Below, in pieces: positions 1 through 10,886 of a stretch of DNA of 64,000 nt. This DNA comes from Spirochaetaceae bacterium (lineage in GTDB: Bacteria > Spirochaetota > Spirochaetia > DSM-2461): positions 64,656 to 128,655 of the forward strand of contig JAOPTT010000006.1 of the NCBI GenBank assembly GCA_051531975.1. The letters run 5' to 3'. The number at the start of each line of letters is the position of its first letter. Position 1 is the stretch's first letter. The position numbers and the translations under genes are program-made. The notes below the pieces were generated by a model, which searched no databases, was not told the origin of the DNA, and saw nothing but the letters and a program-made list of their open reading frames with translations.

Positions 1-2
1 AA

Positions 3-551
3 AAAGGTATTAGTCATCTCTGTTTACAAATAGGTGGAGTAGAATGGATTCTTTTAGCCTCTATCAACAGTTTAGATACGTGTAATGTTGGGGAAGACAG
101 AAGGTTTTTCACATATTTACAACATAAAGAAGACGGCATGACAATGTTTGGTTTTGCTACTAAAGATGAAAGAGTTCTTTTTTTAGATCTAATAAAGGTT
201 AATGGAGTAGGGGCAAAAGCTGCACAAAAAATATTATCTGGAATAAAACCTGCAGAGTTCATACGTTGTTTAGAAGATGAAGATGTTGATAGGTTAACTA
301 AAGTCCCAGGTCTTGGTAAAAAAACAGCACAGAAGATAATTTTAGCATTAAAAGGCAAATTGAAATTAGAAGATGATGTTGTAAAAGAATCTACTAGAGA
401 TAGTGTTGATAAAGAGATTTTAGATTCTCTTGTTGCCATGGGTTTTGATAAAAAGAGAGCAAAAAATGTCTTAGTTGATGTAATTGCAAATGCAGATGGT
501 TTAGGTGAAGGTGAAATACTTCGTTTAGCTATAATTAAGTTAAGTAGTTAG
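3..551 (+). CDS. ruvA: Holliday junction branch migration protein RuvA (5' end outside window)
   Basis: Frame is open from position 3 ([15 protein letters not shown]...[14 protein letters not shown]). HhH motifs [12 protein letters not shown] and [15 protein letters not shown]; directly upstream of ruvB. Confidence 0.96.
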   Translation, partial: KGISHLCLQIGGVEWILLASINSLDTCNVGEDRRFFTYLQHKEDGMTMFGFATKDERVLFLDLIKVNGVGAKAAQKILSGIKPAEFIRCLEDEDVDRLTKVPGLGKKTAQKIILALKGKLKLEDDVVKESTRDSVDKEILDSLVAMGFDKKRAKNVLVDVIANADGLGEGEILRLAIIKLSS

Positions 552-559
552 GGGTTATT

Positions 560-1594
560 TTGGGTCAGTTTGAAGAAGAAAATATACTATCTGGAGAATC
601 TCTATTTAATGACGATATAGAACGTCTAGATAACCCTATTAGACCTAAATTATTAGCAGACTTTCAAGGTCAAGAAGATATAAAAGATAATCTAAATATA
701 TTTATAACAGCTGCCAGAGATAGAGGTGAAGCTTTAGATCATGTATTTCTAAGTGGTCCTCCAGGACTTGGTAAGACAACATTAGCTAATATTATGGCAA
801 ATGAGTTAGGGGTTGAAGCTAGAGTGACATCAGCTCCTGCTATGGATAAACCAAAAGATTTAGCAGGTTTATTAACAACAATATCAGAAAATAGTGTTTT
901 TTTTATAGATGAAATTCATAGATTAAAACCAACAGTAGAAGAGATGTTATACATCGCAATGGAAGACTACGAATTAGACTGGATAATAGGTCAAGGTCCA
1001 TCTGCAAGAACTATAAGAATACCAGTCCCACCTTTTACATTGGTTGGGGCAACAACAAAGCCAGGGAAAGTATCTAGTCCACTTTTTACTCGTTTTGGAA
1101 TAAATATAAGAATGAGTTTTTATACCCACGAAGAATTACGGGATATAATTGTTAGAAGTGCAGATATATTAGAGATTCAAATTGATCCAGATGCAGCATT
1201 TGAGTTAGCAAAATGTTCTAGAGGTACACCTAGGGTTGCGAACAGACTACTTCGAAGAATGAGGGACTTTGCTCAGGTTACTGGGGATGGAATAATTAAT
1301 ACAAAAATTGTGGCTGATGGGTTAAAAAGATTAGAAATTGACTCATATGGTCTTGAAAGACACGACAGGGAGATCTTGAATACTATAATTACAAAATATA
1401 ATGGTGGCCCAGTTGGTGCAGAGACTTTAGCAATTAGTGTAGGTGAAGGAATTGACTCTTTAGAAGATTTTTATGAACCATATCTAATACAACAGGGCTT
1501 TATTAAAAGAACTGCAAGGGGTAGAATGGCGACCCCTTTGGCATATAAACACCTAGGAATGGAGTTACATGAAAATCAGCGACTACTCTTTTGA
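560..1594 (+). CDS. ruvB: Holliday junction DNA helicase RuvB
   Basis: Walker [58 protein letters not shown] start. Confidence 0.98.
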   Translation: MGQFEEENILSGESLFNDDIERLDNPIRPKLLADFQGQEDIKDNLNIFITAARDRGEALDHVFLSGPPGLGKTTLANIMANELGVEARVTSAPAMDKPKDLAGLLTTISENSVFFIDEIHRLKPTVEEMLYIAMEDYELDWIIGQGPSARTIRIPVPPFTLVGATTKPGKVSSPLFTRFGINIRMSFYTHEELRDIIVRSADILEIQIDPDAAFELAKCSRGTPRVANRLLRRMRDFAQVTGDGIINTKIVADGLKRLEIDSYGLERHDREILNTIITKYNGGPVGAETLAISVGEGIDSLEDFYEPYLIQQGFIKRTARGRMATPLAYKHLGMELHENQRLLF

Positions 1595-2591
1595 GTTACC
1601 TAAAGAACAGATAGCACAATATCCTCCAGAAGTTAGAGGAACAGCGAACTTAATGGTTCTTAATAAAAAAAATAACACTATCCAACATAAAAACATGCAA
1701 GATTTAACAGATTATATCGATGATAATACAGTTGTTGTTTTTAATAATTCCAGAGTAAGAAAAGCAAGACTATTTGCAAATACTTTAGATAGTGGTGGAA
1801 AAGTAGAATTTTTCATGTTAACTAAAGTAAAAAAAAATACCTGGGAAGTAATGGTCTCAAAAGCAAAGAAGCAGATTGTTGGACGGGAATATAAATTTGA
1901 AGGTGGAGCAACTGGTACAATCCTAGAAATTATATCTACTAACCACAGAATTGTTGAGTTTGATACTGACATCGATGATGAATATCTAAATAGTTTTGCT
2001 CATATTCCACTACCTCCATATATAAAACGTGAAGATGATAATGCTGACTCGGAAAGATATCAGACTGTATTCTCAAAAGAGATAGGTTCATGTGCTGCTC
2101 CAACTGCATCTCTTCACTTTACTGTGGATATATTAGATAAAATAAAATCAAAAGGTGCGGATATAGCATTTGTGACACTTCATGTAGGTCTTGGAACATT
2201 TGCTCCTGTAAGAACTGAGTATTTAGACGATCATGATATGCATTTTGAAGATTTTTATATCTCTGATGATAGTGCAAAAATAATTGAAGCTGGTATAAAA
2301 ACTGGTAAAAAAATATTAGCTGTTGGTACAACTTCTGTTAGAACATTAGAGTCATCATGGAAAAATGGGGCTTTAGTCAGAGGTACTCAAAGTACTAATT
2401 TATTTATTAAACCTGGCTATGAATTTAAAGTTGTCGATAAAATGTTTACCAATTTTCATACCCCAGAATCAACACTTTTAGTTCTTGTATCAACTTTTGC
2501 AACAAAAGAATTAATTGATAAAGCATATAGAGAAGCTGTAGAACAAAAATATATGTTTTTTAGTTATGGTGATGCGATGTTAATTGAATAA
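1569..2591 (+). CDS. queA: S-adenosylmethionine:tRNA ribosyltransferase-isomerase QueA
   Basis: [73 protein letters not shown]. Confidence 0.98.
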   Translation: MKISDYSFELPKEQIAQYPPEVRGTANLMVLNKKNNTIQHKNMQDLTDYIDDNTVVVFNNSRVRKARLFANTLDSGGKVEFFMLTKVKKNTWEVMVSKAKKQIVGREYKFEGGATGTILEIISTNHRIVEFDTDIDDEYLNSFAHIPLPPYIKREDDNADSERYQTVFSKEIGSCAAPTASLHFTVDILDKIKSKGADIAFVTLHVGLGTFAPVRTEYLDDHDMHFEDFYISDDSAKIIEAGIKTGKKILAVGTTSVRTLESSWKNGALVRGTQSTNLFIKPGYEFKVVDKMFTNFHTPESTLLVLVSTFATKELIDKAYREAVEQKYMFFSYGDAMLIE

Positions 2592-2631
2592 ATTATTGAA
2601 CGATGAATAACTGTATTAAATATAATCTATT

Positions 2632-3234
2632 TTAATATGTGTTTTCATCCATCGCTTTAAAATCTTCTCTGACTTTATTTAATCTTGTTAGATGTTTATT
2701 AATTGTTTTATTATAATCTAACTCCCCAGTTTGTATCATATATGACTCATCTTCAAAGTTTATGATATCTTCAATAAATAGAAACATGAATTTATCAGCT
2801 GAAGCTTTTGAAGACCATTCCACTGCATCAACCCAATGTTTTTTTGCTTCTAAATAATAAAACTCGGCTTCGTTTAAACTTTTAATATTATACTCTTTCC
2901 ATGGTGCATTATAAAATAGTGCTTCTCTTTTATCAAAACCTTTTGCAAGTTGAAGATAAGAATCTACTAATTTAAGATTGATGTGTGTATACATTAAATA
3001 TCTATATTTTTCCCACTCATCAGCAGTTTTTATTTTTGCAATCGCATATAAAGGATTACTGAATCGAACTCCTAAACTAGACTTTAAATAGAATATATTC
3101 CTATTTACATCATGGGGGTATTGATAAAAATTTTCGACATATAGTCCATAAAACCCTTCTAAATATTTAATATCAAAACTATATATTGATGTTGAGATAA
3201 TAAAAAAAATAGAGGCTAATAAAAGCTTTTTCAT
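2632..3234 (-). CDS. Exported helical hypothetical protein
   Basis: 200-aa ORF with signal peptide (MKKLLLASIFFIISTSIYS), 7 bp downstream of tmk on the same strand. Confidence 0.75.
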   Translation of the reverse strand: MKKLLLASIFFIISTSIYSFDIKYLEGFYGLYVENFYQYPHDVNRNIFYLKSSLGVRFSNPLYAIAKIKTADEWEKYRYLMYTHINLKLVDSYLQLAKGFDKREALFYNAPWKEYNIKSLNEAEFYYLEAKKHWVDAVEWSSKASADKFMFLFIEDIINFEDESYMIQTGELDYNKTINKHLTRLNKVREDFKAMDENTY

Positions 3235-3241
3235 AATATTA

Positions 3242-3850
3242 TTATCGTATTTTATTTAGAATCTCATTAGTAATATTTTCAGGTGTTTTTGTGCCATCAA
3301 TTATATGTACATTCATAGCTGTATTTTTATAACTATTTATAGCTTTTAAATACTGATCATTAACCTTAGTTTGATACTCTTTTGCATCAAATAACTCTTT
3401 TGCTTCACCTCGAATATTTATACGTTCTTGACATATTTCAACCGGAACTGATATAAAAAAAAGATGCTCAGGTAGAGGATAGTTATTTATAGTTTTTACA
3501 AAATCAAATCCACATTCTGGTGATTGATAGGCTAATGAACTAAATAGGTATCTATCACAAACTACATAATTGTTGTTGTTTAAATGTTCAATTATTCCAT
3601 TTTGCCCATAAATATGCTCATATCGATCTGCAACAAAAAGTTTACTAATACTTTTTGGTTCAAGAGAAACCTTTTTTTGTAAGACACTTCGGATTAGTTT
3701 TCCTATCGCTCCATCAGTTGGTTCAAAAGTAGTAAATACAGTTTCATTAGAACTAATTAAGGCTTCTGATAATCTTTTTAACTGAGTTGTTGTTCCTGAT
3801 CCATCTAAACCCTCTAATACAATAAACTTTTTTAGAACTTCTGTTTCCAT
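3242..3850 (-). CDS. tmk: Thymidylate kinase
   Basis: FIVLEGLDGSGTTTQ P-loop, TFEPT, LFVADR, VCDRYLFSSLAYQ; SD AGAGG. Confidence 0.96.
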   Translation of the reverse strand: METEVLKKFIVLEGLDGSGTTTQLKRLSEALISSNETVFTTFEPTDGAIGKLIRSVLQKKVSLEPKSISKLFVADRYEHIYGQNGIIEHLNNNNYVVCDRYLFSSLAYQSPECGFDFVKTINNYPLPEHLFFISVPVEICQERINIRGEAKELFDAKEYQTKVNDQYLKAINSYKNTAMNVHIIDGTKTPENITNEILNKIR

Positions 3851-3881
3851 TATAACCTCTTTTTATGTAGAATAAAAATAA

Positions 3882-4931
3882 GTGAATGTTATCATAAATA
3901 GAGTTCTTATTATACTCATTTTAACTATATCTTTTATCTCACAAATAAATTCTCAGGATATTGTTATAACAATACCTGATAAATTTACTGTTTTGGATTT
4001 ACCTCTACCACCATTTCCAAAAGAAATAATTAATAGTATAGAAGTTATTAATTATGATTCAGAGTTGATAAATGATATTTTTGTTAGACCAATATTACAA
4101 GATAGCATTTCATATATATATTACCCAAATATTTTAAATAATAGATTAACTTCCAATGGATTGTTATACCAAGTGTTTTCATTAGAAACAGATTTTTCTA
4201 GTATAATGTTAAGTTACAATCCTGAATATTCTACTAACAATTATTCTATATCAAGTTTAATTAGTTATGATTCAGATGAAAATTTAGTAGATGCTGAAGT
4301 CACATATAATGAATATCGTTTTCCTATTGATATAAAAGTAACCTCAAATTTTTTAGATCTGTCATTAGAATTATCTCTTAGCTATTATGATTACACTAAA
4401 TTTTGGAGTATAACACCTTTTATATCTCAAGATTTGTCTTCAATTTATCTAAAATATATTGATGATACTTTTATTAGACCAACAGCCCAGTTTATATATG
4501 ATACAAATAACAATTATTGGGGTTCCTTTGGCTTAGGTGGAATTGATTTTAGAGTTGGAATAGCAACTTATACTGATTATTTTTTCCCATATTTAGAATA
4601 CACAAAAACACTAGGCAAGTCCCTTGTCGGGGTGGTAACAAATATTGATGAAGATCGTATTGATTATAGAGTAGTTTATGAATATAATTCACGGTTTTTA
4701 GCTGGGTTAGGAACAGAACTCCTTGAAGGATATTCAGATTTTGAGCCATATCTAATGTTTTCAGAAGACTTCATATTTGGTCAAAGAGAATATAGAATTT
4801 CTATGGAAGAATTAAACTTTAGCTTTAGCTTTATTAATGAGCATATTACATCTATAATTTCACTAGAATTTTTAAATCTAGAATTTAATACTTTTGAGTT
4901 ATTAATAAGTTATAAGGTTGGTAAAAAATGA
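3882..4931 (+). CDS. Exported protein, probable beta-barrel outer-membrane protein
   Basis: Signal peptide, many aromatic alternating strands, C-terminal ELLISYKV resembling a beta-signal; overlaps exbB by 4 nt. Confidence 0.55.
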   Translation: MNVIINRVLIILILTISFISQINSQDIVITIPDKFTVLDLPLPPFPKEIINSIEVINYDSELINDIFVRPILQDSISYIYYPNILNNRLTSNGLLYQVFSLETDFSSIMLSYNPEYSTNNYSISSLISYDSDENLVDAEVTYNEYRFPIDIKVTSNFLDLSLELSLSYYDYTKFWSITPFISQDLSSIYLKYIDDTFIRPTAQFIYDTNNNYWGSFGLGGIDFRVGIATYTDYFFPYLEYTKTLGKSLVGVVTNIDEDRIDYRVVYEYNSRFLAGLGTELLEGYSDFEPYLMFSEDFIFGQREYRISMEELNFSFSFINEHITSIISLEFLNLEFNTFELLISYKVGKK

Positions 4932-5530
4932 AAGAACTTCTATTAAAAAATATATATGCTTTAGTTCCAATAATTATTCTATCTATTATTTCAGTATCTC
5001 TAATTATAGTTAAATTGGTCTACTTTTTTTCAATCAGAATAAAAAACCCAAGAGGTATTGAAAATTCACTTGATGATCTGCTTAAAGGTAACTATGAAGA
5101 GTCGTTAACTAAAATCTCAGATGACTATTCTCCAACAGCTGAGATCATAAGATATGAAGCAAAGTTATTAGGTGAAGGGAATAGAGCTGTTTTTTCACAT
5201 AAAATTGAAGCTTTTGCCCAAAGAAAAATATATGAAATGGAGAAGTATGTTACATATCTTTCTGCTATAGCAAATGTAGCAACATTATTAGGGTTATTAG
5301 GAACAGTAATTGGTATGATAATTACTTTCTATGAAATGATGGTTAGTAAAAGTTCTGACCCTTATACGTTAGCTGGTGGTATTTCCCAGGCATTAATTAC
5401 AACAGCAGCAGGATTAATTACAGCGGTTCCTGCAATTTTATTCTATTCAGTATTTAATTCAATTATACAAAGACATATTAGTTCTATGGAAAGTTCATCA
5501 TCTGAAATATTAGCTTTAAAGGAGTCCTAA
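4928..5530 (+). CDS. exbB: MotA/TolQ/ExbB proton channel family protein
   Basis: ATLLGLLGTVIGMI and AGGISQALITTAAGLITAVPA TM motifs. Confidence 0.92.
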   Translation: MKELLLKNIYALVPIIILSIISVSLIIVKLVYFFSIRIKNPRGIENSLDDLLKGNYEESLTKISDDYSPTAEIIRYEAKLLGEGNRAVFSHKIEAFAQRKIYEMEKYVTYLSAIANVATLLGLLGTVIGMIITFYEMMVSKSSDPYTLAGGISQALITTAAGLITAVPAILFYSVFNSIIQRHISSMESSSSEILALKES

Positions 5531-5929
5531 ATGAAACTTAAGGGGCACCTAAAGGATGATAATGTATTACTAATTACTCCTTTAATAGATATTATGTTTT
5601 TAATTTTAATATTTTTTGTTTTAAATAGTAGTTTTACAAAAAATAGGGCTGTAAAGGTTGATGTTCCTCAAACAATATCTGGTTCTAGTGTTGGTGAAGT
5701 TGAAACACATATATTATTAACAAAGGATCACAGTATTTTAATAAATGATAAAGAGATCTCCCTCTCTGCCTTTTCTGCTACTCTTTTAGAAAGTGTAGGA
5801 ACCACTAATGATCCAATTATAATATTAGAAGGGGACAAAGAAATCTCCTACGAGTTTATTATGGGTATAATGGATAGAGTGAAAGTTTTAGGCTTCAATA
5901 ATATTTCTCTTGTTGTTAAAAAGTTATGA
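5531..5929 (+). CDS. exbD: ExbD/TolR family protein
   Basis: ITPLIDIMFLILIFF with the conserved Asp; C-terminal GDKEISYEFIMGIMDRVK...ISLV. Confidence 0.92.
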   Translation: MKLKGHLKDDNVLLITPLIDIMFLILIFFVLNSSFTKNRAVKVDVPQTISGSSVGEVETHILLTKDHSILINDKEISLSAFSATLLESVGTTNDPIIILEGDKEISYEFIMGIMDRVKVLGFNNISLVVKKL

Positions 5930-6624
5930 AATTAAAAATTTCATTTTTGCTTTCAATTATAATACATATCACAATTTTATCCTTTATTTTATTCATAGAA
6001 GTTCCACCAGAAGAGCCTGAGGAAGAAATTATCAAAATTAACATAGAAATAACCTCAAAAAACAGAGATAAAAATATAAATAATTCAGATGTAGAGAAAA
6101 TTATAGAAAAAAGTACCGATGTTATAAGTAGGAATATTGTAACTGAAACACCTACAGATACTCCAGTTAAAAACAGTTATATAGATTTTATTAAAGTGGA
6201 TAATCCTGAATTAGTTATATCTAAAAAGAATTATAATGCTTCTTCTGATAGTAGTTTTGATATTCCTGATCTAAATGATTTTGAAGAGAGTTTATCTGAA
6301 ATGATTCCTATGGAAGATTTTTTGGAAGAAGAAGAAGTAAATAAAGAGCAATTTGAAATTTCTTGGGATGGTGAATCTAGAGATGTTATAGAACAGCAAT
6401 TTATAGATTTTTCTTCATTTCCTAAAGATTCATTTACTGGTGTTGGAGTACATGTAGAGTTTATGGTAAATTCAAATGGAGAAGTCTTTGGAGTAGAAAT
6501 TAAGCCTCCTGGGTCAGGATCTGCAGATTTTGATATTCTGATTAAACAATACATTAATAAATTTACATTTAAAAAGGGAGAATCTACAAGCAAAGGGGAA
6601 GTGATTATTGTCTATAAAAAATAA
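5926..6624 (+). CDS. tonB: TonB family energy transducer
   Basis: N-terminal TM with SxxxH (SIIIH), Pro/Glu and acidic linker, TonB_C-like VHVEFMVNSNGEV...GSGSADFD...KFTF. Confidence 0.8.
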   Translation: MKLKISFLLSIIIHITILSFILFIEVPPEEPEEEIIKINIEITSKNRDKNINNSDVEKIIEKSTDVISRNIVTETPTDTPVKNSYIDFIKVDNPELVISKKNYNASSDSSFDIPDLNDFEESLSEMIPMEDFLEEEEVNKEQFEISWDGESRDVIEQQFIDFSSFPKDSFTGVGVHVEFMVNSNGEVFGVEIKPPGSGSADFDILIKQYINKFTFKKGESTSKGEVIIVYKK

Positions 6625-9600
6625 CTTAATTCTTTCTCATATTGTACAACTTATCTCTTTAACTATTGTTATCATTTTGTTCTTTTTTGTTATAAATCCT
6701 GGAATTACAGAATTACAAAAGATCTTATCTGAAAAAAAATTTGACATAATAAGAGAGTTAGAAGAAGAGTATGAGGTAAATATATCTTATGAATCAATTT
6801 CTCCAATTATTATAGATTCAATAAATATTAAAAATGTATCAATTCAAAGTTTTAGTGGTCTACAAAAAATTGATATTTCAGAAGTTGCTATAAAGTTCAG
6901 CCTTCTTAATATGCTATTAACTAACTTTAAGAGTGATAATCCTCCTCTTATTATCTCTTCAATACACCTAAAAACTGGGAAAATTTTCATTGATTTTGAA
7001 GACGTAGACTTTTTTTCAAAGTTTAAAGCAGGGAAACCTAATAATATTTTAATAAAACCCAAGATATATATAAAAAATATAGACTTGGATATGAACTTTG
7101 AATTATTAGTACTTAAATTAGATAATATTAAAGGGCACTTAAGCAGCCGAATGTCTAAATATTATGCAGATATTGATACTACAATTACATATGAATCTAA
7201 ATTAGATGTACCATTTGAATACATAACTGGAGATGCTGAAGTTAAAGCAGTTTTGGAGCGTAATTTTATAGACCTAGTAAGCAAAGTAAAATTAAGTAAT
7301 ATTTACTCTGATATAGGAACTATAAAAGATATAAAAGCAGATCTAACTTTATTAAATGGTGAGTTAAGAATTGATAAAATAGATAAAAAGATGGATTTAA
7401 CATTTATATATAAGATACCTCTATATGAAATGTTTTTTTCAATAGATAGTAAGTCCATGGGATTAGAGGATTTGTTTGTTCCAGATAGTACATTTAATCT
7501 TTTTGATAAGTTCGATGGCACAGTCTTTTCTGGAGAGTTAAGTGGATTATATAGCTTAATGAACAGAAGTTTTTTATATAATTCAGAAGGAAATATTTCG
7601 ATACCTCATTTAATAAAACAGATTCCCTTAAAACTGGATTTTAAATTTATTGGCGATCTAGACTACATAACTATTAATCGTTTAAATACATATACTTCAA
7701 AAGGATATTTAGGATTTAACGGTGGTATTAATCTAAAAACACTTTTTCCCCAGGGAAATTTTTATGTAAGAGATTTTAAATTATCAGAAAATAGTATTAT
7801 TAATTCTGACTTTGAAGTAAAGGTAATAAACAGTAATTTCATAAATGTTAATTTTGATTATATTGAATCATTAGGTTTAAAAATAAATGATATTTCTTCA
7901 TTATTATATATAGATGAAAACGATATTAGCTTTCAGGCAATTAGTAGAGATTCTGGTGGTAAAATTTCACTCTCTGGTAATTATAGTAAAAAAGAAAACT
8001 ATATATCGTCATCATTGAATGTTCAAAACTTAGGTATAAATTTTTTAACCAATATATTGGATAATGATTTAATAGACAAATATTTTGATAATAATAAAAT
8101 TTCATTTAATGCAAATTTAAATTATGATTTTAACAATATTTTTTATCGAATAAATGACTTTTCATTACTGGACTCAGAGGATAATACATATGTTGAATTA
8201 GAAGGCATGGGGAATCTAAAGGAATTTAGTATTGAAAACCTAAAAATTAATATACCGGATATTGAAATTCAAGCTAGAATAGATGGGAAAGTTCGAGGTT
8301 CTGAAATATCCTTAAAAATTGATTCACTTATCAATGATAATATATATATTTTTGATCTAAACTATGGCCATGATAAAATTAGTATAACTGGGTCTTATGG
8401 TTTAAAACTTGATTTAGTTTTTGGAGATTATAAATATTTAAATATTGAAGCAAATAATATTCCTATAAATTATAGAGGTATTACTGTTAATCCAAGATTT
8501 AAAATACGAACTGCTATTTTAGATGATAATTCTTTTCTATTATCAATTCCTTATTTTGAGACAAGTATTAGCCATGAAAAACTTATTTTTGATCCATTTA
8601 TATCATTTAGTGCCGATGGTTCACAAGAACATTTGAAGCTTACAAGTTTTAGGTATATTGATAAATTATCCTCATTATCTGGAAATATTGATCTTAAGAA
8701 AGAGTCCAATGATAATTATTATCTGAATTTATTATTATCAAATGAGGAATTAGAATCCTATGATATTAAGTCTTTATATTCATTATCTACTAAGAGTTTA
8801 ACTGTAGATTTAGATATTAGAAACTTTTTAGTAGATAGATTACAGTTAGAAAATGTTAGTGGGAAAGTCTCTACTAAGTTTAATATGAATGGAAATCGGT
8901 TACAGTTTAAGGTCAATGGTACTATGTCATCAAATGATCTTACAATAAATACTAAAACAACTAAAATAGATCTGGGTTTTAACATTACAGAGAAATTATT
9001 TACTTTACATGATTTACAAACTTCTATAGATAATATGCAATTTAATATACCATTATTAACATATAATTTTATTGATGGTGATATCTTAGGAAGAGTTGAT
9101 TCTATAATTACTTTAGGAGAGTCTAAGTTAACTACTGATATAGCAATAGACTTATCTGTTAATGAAATTGATGACTTTTTTAATTTAAATAGTGATATTA
9201 TAAATACTGTAAATGGTAAACTTAATATTGGAAGTCTAAAGAATAATAATGATGAATTATTTTCAAATAAAGGTTTTAGACTCTTTAATAACCCATCAGC
9301 ACTACAGATCTATTCTATAGATAAGAATCTAAAGATTATACATAATCATAAATCAGGGAAGATTATTGCAAAAATACAAAAACCATATTTTGCTGCTCTT
9401 ACAGCTAACGGTACATTAAAAGATGGTTTAATGAATATTAGTGTTAATGATATCGATATTGATGGTACAAAGGTTGAATCTTTTATATATGCAAATAAAA
9501 ATGATGATGAAAAGTTAATAATTTTAGATGATTTAAATATGAGAGGACAATTAAACTTAGTTGGTCCAATTGATAATCCAATAATGAATGGACTAATATG

Positions 9601-10870
9601 GATAGATACAAATATAGGTATTTCATATATCACAGATAAAATAGATCCTATTCGTGCAAATATAAGAATTAAAGATAATAAGTTCACTATTTTAAATACA
9701 GATATTAAAATTGGAGAGAATGGACTATTGAAATTTAATGGTGAGATGTTATTTGATTCATGGCTGCCTGAGACTATTTTAGTCCGGGGAAAAATACCAA
9801 TAGCTAATAAAATACCACTTGAATATCAGTATAATACTATAATCTGCGAAACAAATATTTATACAAATAATTTAGTCTTTTATTATGATGATTCTGGTAC
9901 GTTAATAACTGGGGAAGTCATAATAGAAGATGGAGAGTTTTATACTAAATTTTTGAACTCAACAGAACCAGTTGAGACAGTAATTGAAGAAAACGAATCT
10001 ATAAATAATATTTCTATCGAATTAGCAGTTAAGATTGGAGCAAATAATAGACTTTATTGGCCATATAGAAATTTACCTATAGTTCAGGCTAAGTTAAATC
10101 CTAATGATCAGGTATTAGTAAATTATAAATCAGTAAATAATGAGTATAGTATTGTAGGAAAATTATCAATCTCTGAGGGAGAAATTAATTATTCCGGTAA
10201 CCCTTTTATTTTAAAAGAGGGGTCGATTGAGTTAGATATTTCCCCTGAACAGTTAGATCCATATATTAAATTAGTAGGTTATAAAACTGTTCTTGATGAT
10301 GACGACAGACAAGTTGAAGTATTTCTTGAATATGAAGGTGGTTTCTTTTCAGATTTTGAACCAACCTTTAGTTCTAGTGATGCAAGTAAGTCAGAAGAAG
10401 AAATTAATCGATTAATTGGAGTTGCTGTAATAGGTGAAGATGATGACCTAGCAATTAATGCCTGGGATATACTAAGTGAAAATGCTGATTCAATTTTAAA
10501 CTCATATCTAGCAAGACCTTTAGAAGAAGCTATAAAAAAAATTATAGGATTTGATGAAGTTAAGATACAAACTTCTTTCATTACAAATATTTCATTTGAT
10601 GCTGAGGATGAAACCGGATATAATCTATCCGAAATGTTAAATAATACAAGTATTACTATTGGACATTTTGTAACAAAAGACTTTTTTATTAAAGGTAGTG
10701 TTGGAACTATATTTGAAGACGACCAACTTCAATCCGAAGTTGATTTAGGTTTAACTCTTTATTCCCCTCATTTTCAACTGGGGTTTAATTTGAGCCCTAA
10801 ACTGTCAGATTTTGTTTTTACACCAGAAATAGAAATTTCAATTGATTGGGTATTAAATCCAGGCAAGTAA
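6608..10870 (+). CDS. tamB: Translocation/assembly module TamB (AsmA-like) protein
   Basis: 1420 aa, N-terminal anchor, repetitive beta-rich body, C-terminal DUF490-like region (GEINYSGNPFILKEGSI...DPYIKL); directly upstream of bamA. Confidence 0.85.
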   Translation: MSIKNNLILSHIVQLISLTIVIILFFFVINPGITELQKILSEKKFDIIRELEEEYEVNISYESISPIIIDSINIKNVSIQSFSGLQKIDISEVAIKFSLLNMLLTNFKSDNPPLIISSIHLKTGKIFIDFEDVDFFSKFKAGKPNNILIKPKIYIKNIDLDMNFELLVLKLDNIKGHLSSRMSKYYADIDTTITYESKLDVPFEYITGDAEVKAVLERNFIDLVSKVKLSNIYSDIGTIKDIKADLTLLNGELRIDKIDKKMDLTFIYKIPLYEMFFSIDSKSMGLEDLFVPDSTFNLFDKFDGTVFSGELSGLYSLMNRSFLYNSEGNISIPHLIKQIPLKLDFKFIGDLDYITINRLNTYTSKGYLGFNGGINLKTLFPQGNFYVRDFKLSENSIINSDFEVKVINSNFINVNFDYIESLGLKINDISSLLYIDENDISFQAISRDSGGKISLSGNYSKKENYISSSLNVQNLGINFLTNILDNDLIDKYFDNNKISFNANLNYDFNNIFYRINDFSLLDSEDNTYVELEGMGNLKEFSIENLKINIPDIEIQARIDGKVRGSEISLKIDSLINDNIYIFDLNYGHDKISITGSYGLKLDLVFGDYKYLNIEANNIPINYRGITVNPRFKIRTAILDDNSFLLSIPYFETSISHEKLIFDPFISFSADGSQEHLKLTSFRYIDKLSSLSGNIDLKKESNDNYYLNLLLSNEELESYDIKSLYSLSTKSLTVDLDIRNFLVDRLQLENVSGKVSTKFNMNGNRLQFKVNGTMSSNDLTINTKTTKIDLGFNITEKLFTLHDLQTSIDNMQFNIPLLTYNFIDGDILGRVDSIITLGESKLTTDIAIDLSVNEIDDFFNLNSDIINTVNGKLNIGSLKNNNDELFSNKGFRLFNNPSALQIYSIDKNLKIIHNHKSGKIIAKIQKPYFAALTANGTLKDGLMNISVNDIDIDGTKVESFIYANKNDDEKLIILDDLNMRGQLNLVGPIDNPIMNGLIWIDTNIGISYITDKIDPIRANIRIKDNKFTILNTDIKIGENGLLKFNGEMLFDSWLPETILVRGKIPIANKIPLEYQYNTIICETNIYTNNLVFYYDDSGTLITGEVIIEDGEFYTKFLNSTEPVETVIEENESINNISIELAVKIGANNRLYWPYRNLPIVQAKLNPNDQVLVNYKSVNNEYSIVGKLSISEGEINYSGNPFILKEGSIELDISPEQLDPYIKLVGYKTVLDDDDRQVEVFLEYEGGFFSDFEPTFSSSDASKSEEEINRLIGVAVIGEDDDLAINAWDILSENADSILNSYLARPLEEAIKKIIGFDEVKIQTSFITNISFDAEDETGYNLSEMLNNTSITIGHFVTKDFFIKGSVGTIFEDDQLQSEVDLGLTLYSPHFQLGFNLSPKLSDFVFTPEIEISIDWVLNPGK

Positions 10871-10886
10871 AATATGAGGAGAATTA

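Noticed and set aside
4928..5929. Flagellar stator MotAB or a Tol-Pal system
   Set aside because: The second gene is ExbD-like with no OmpA domain; no tolB or pal is adjacent; the third gene is TonB-like.
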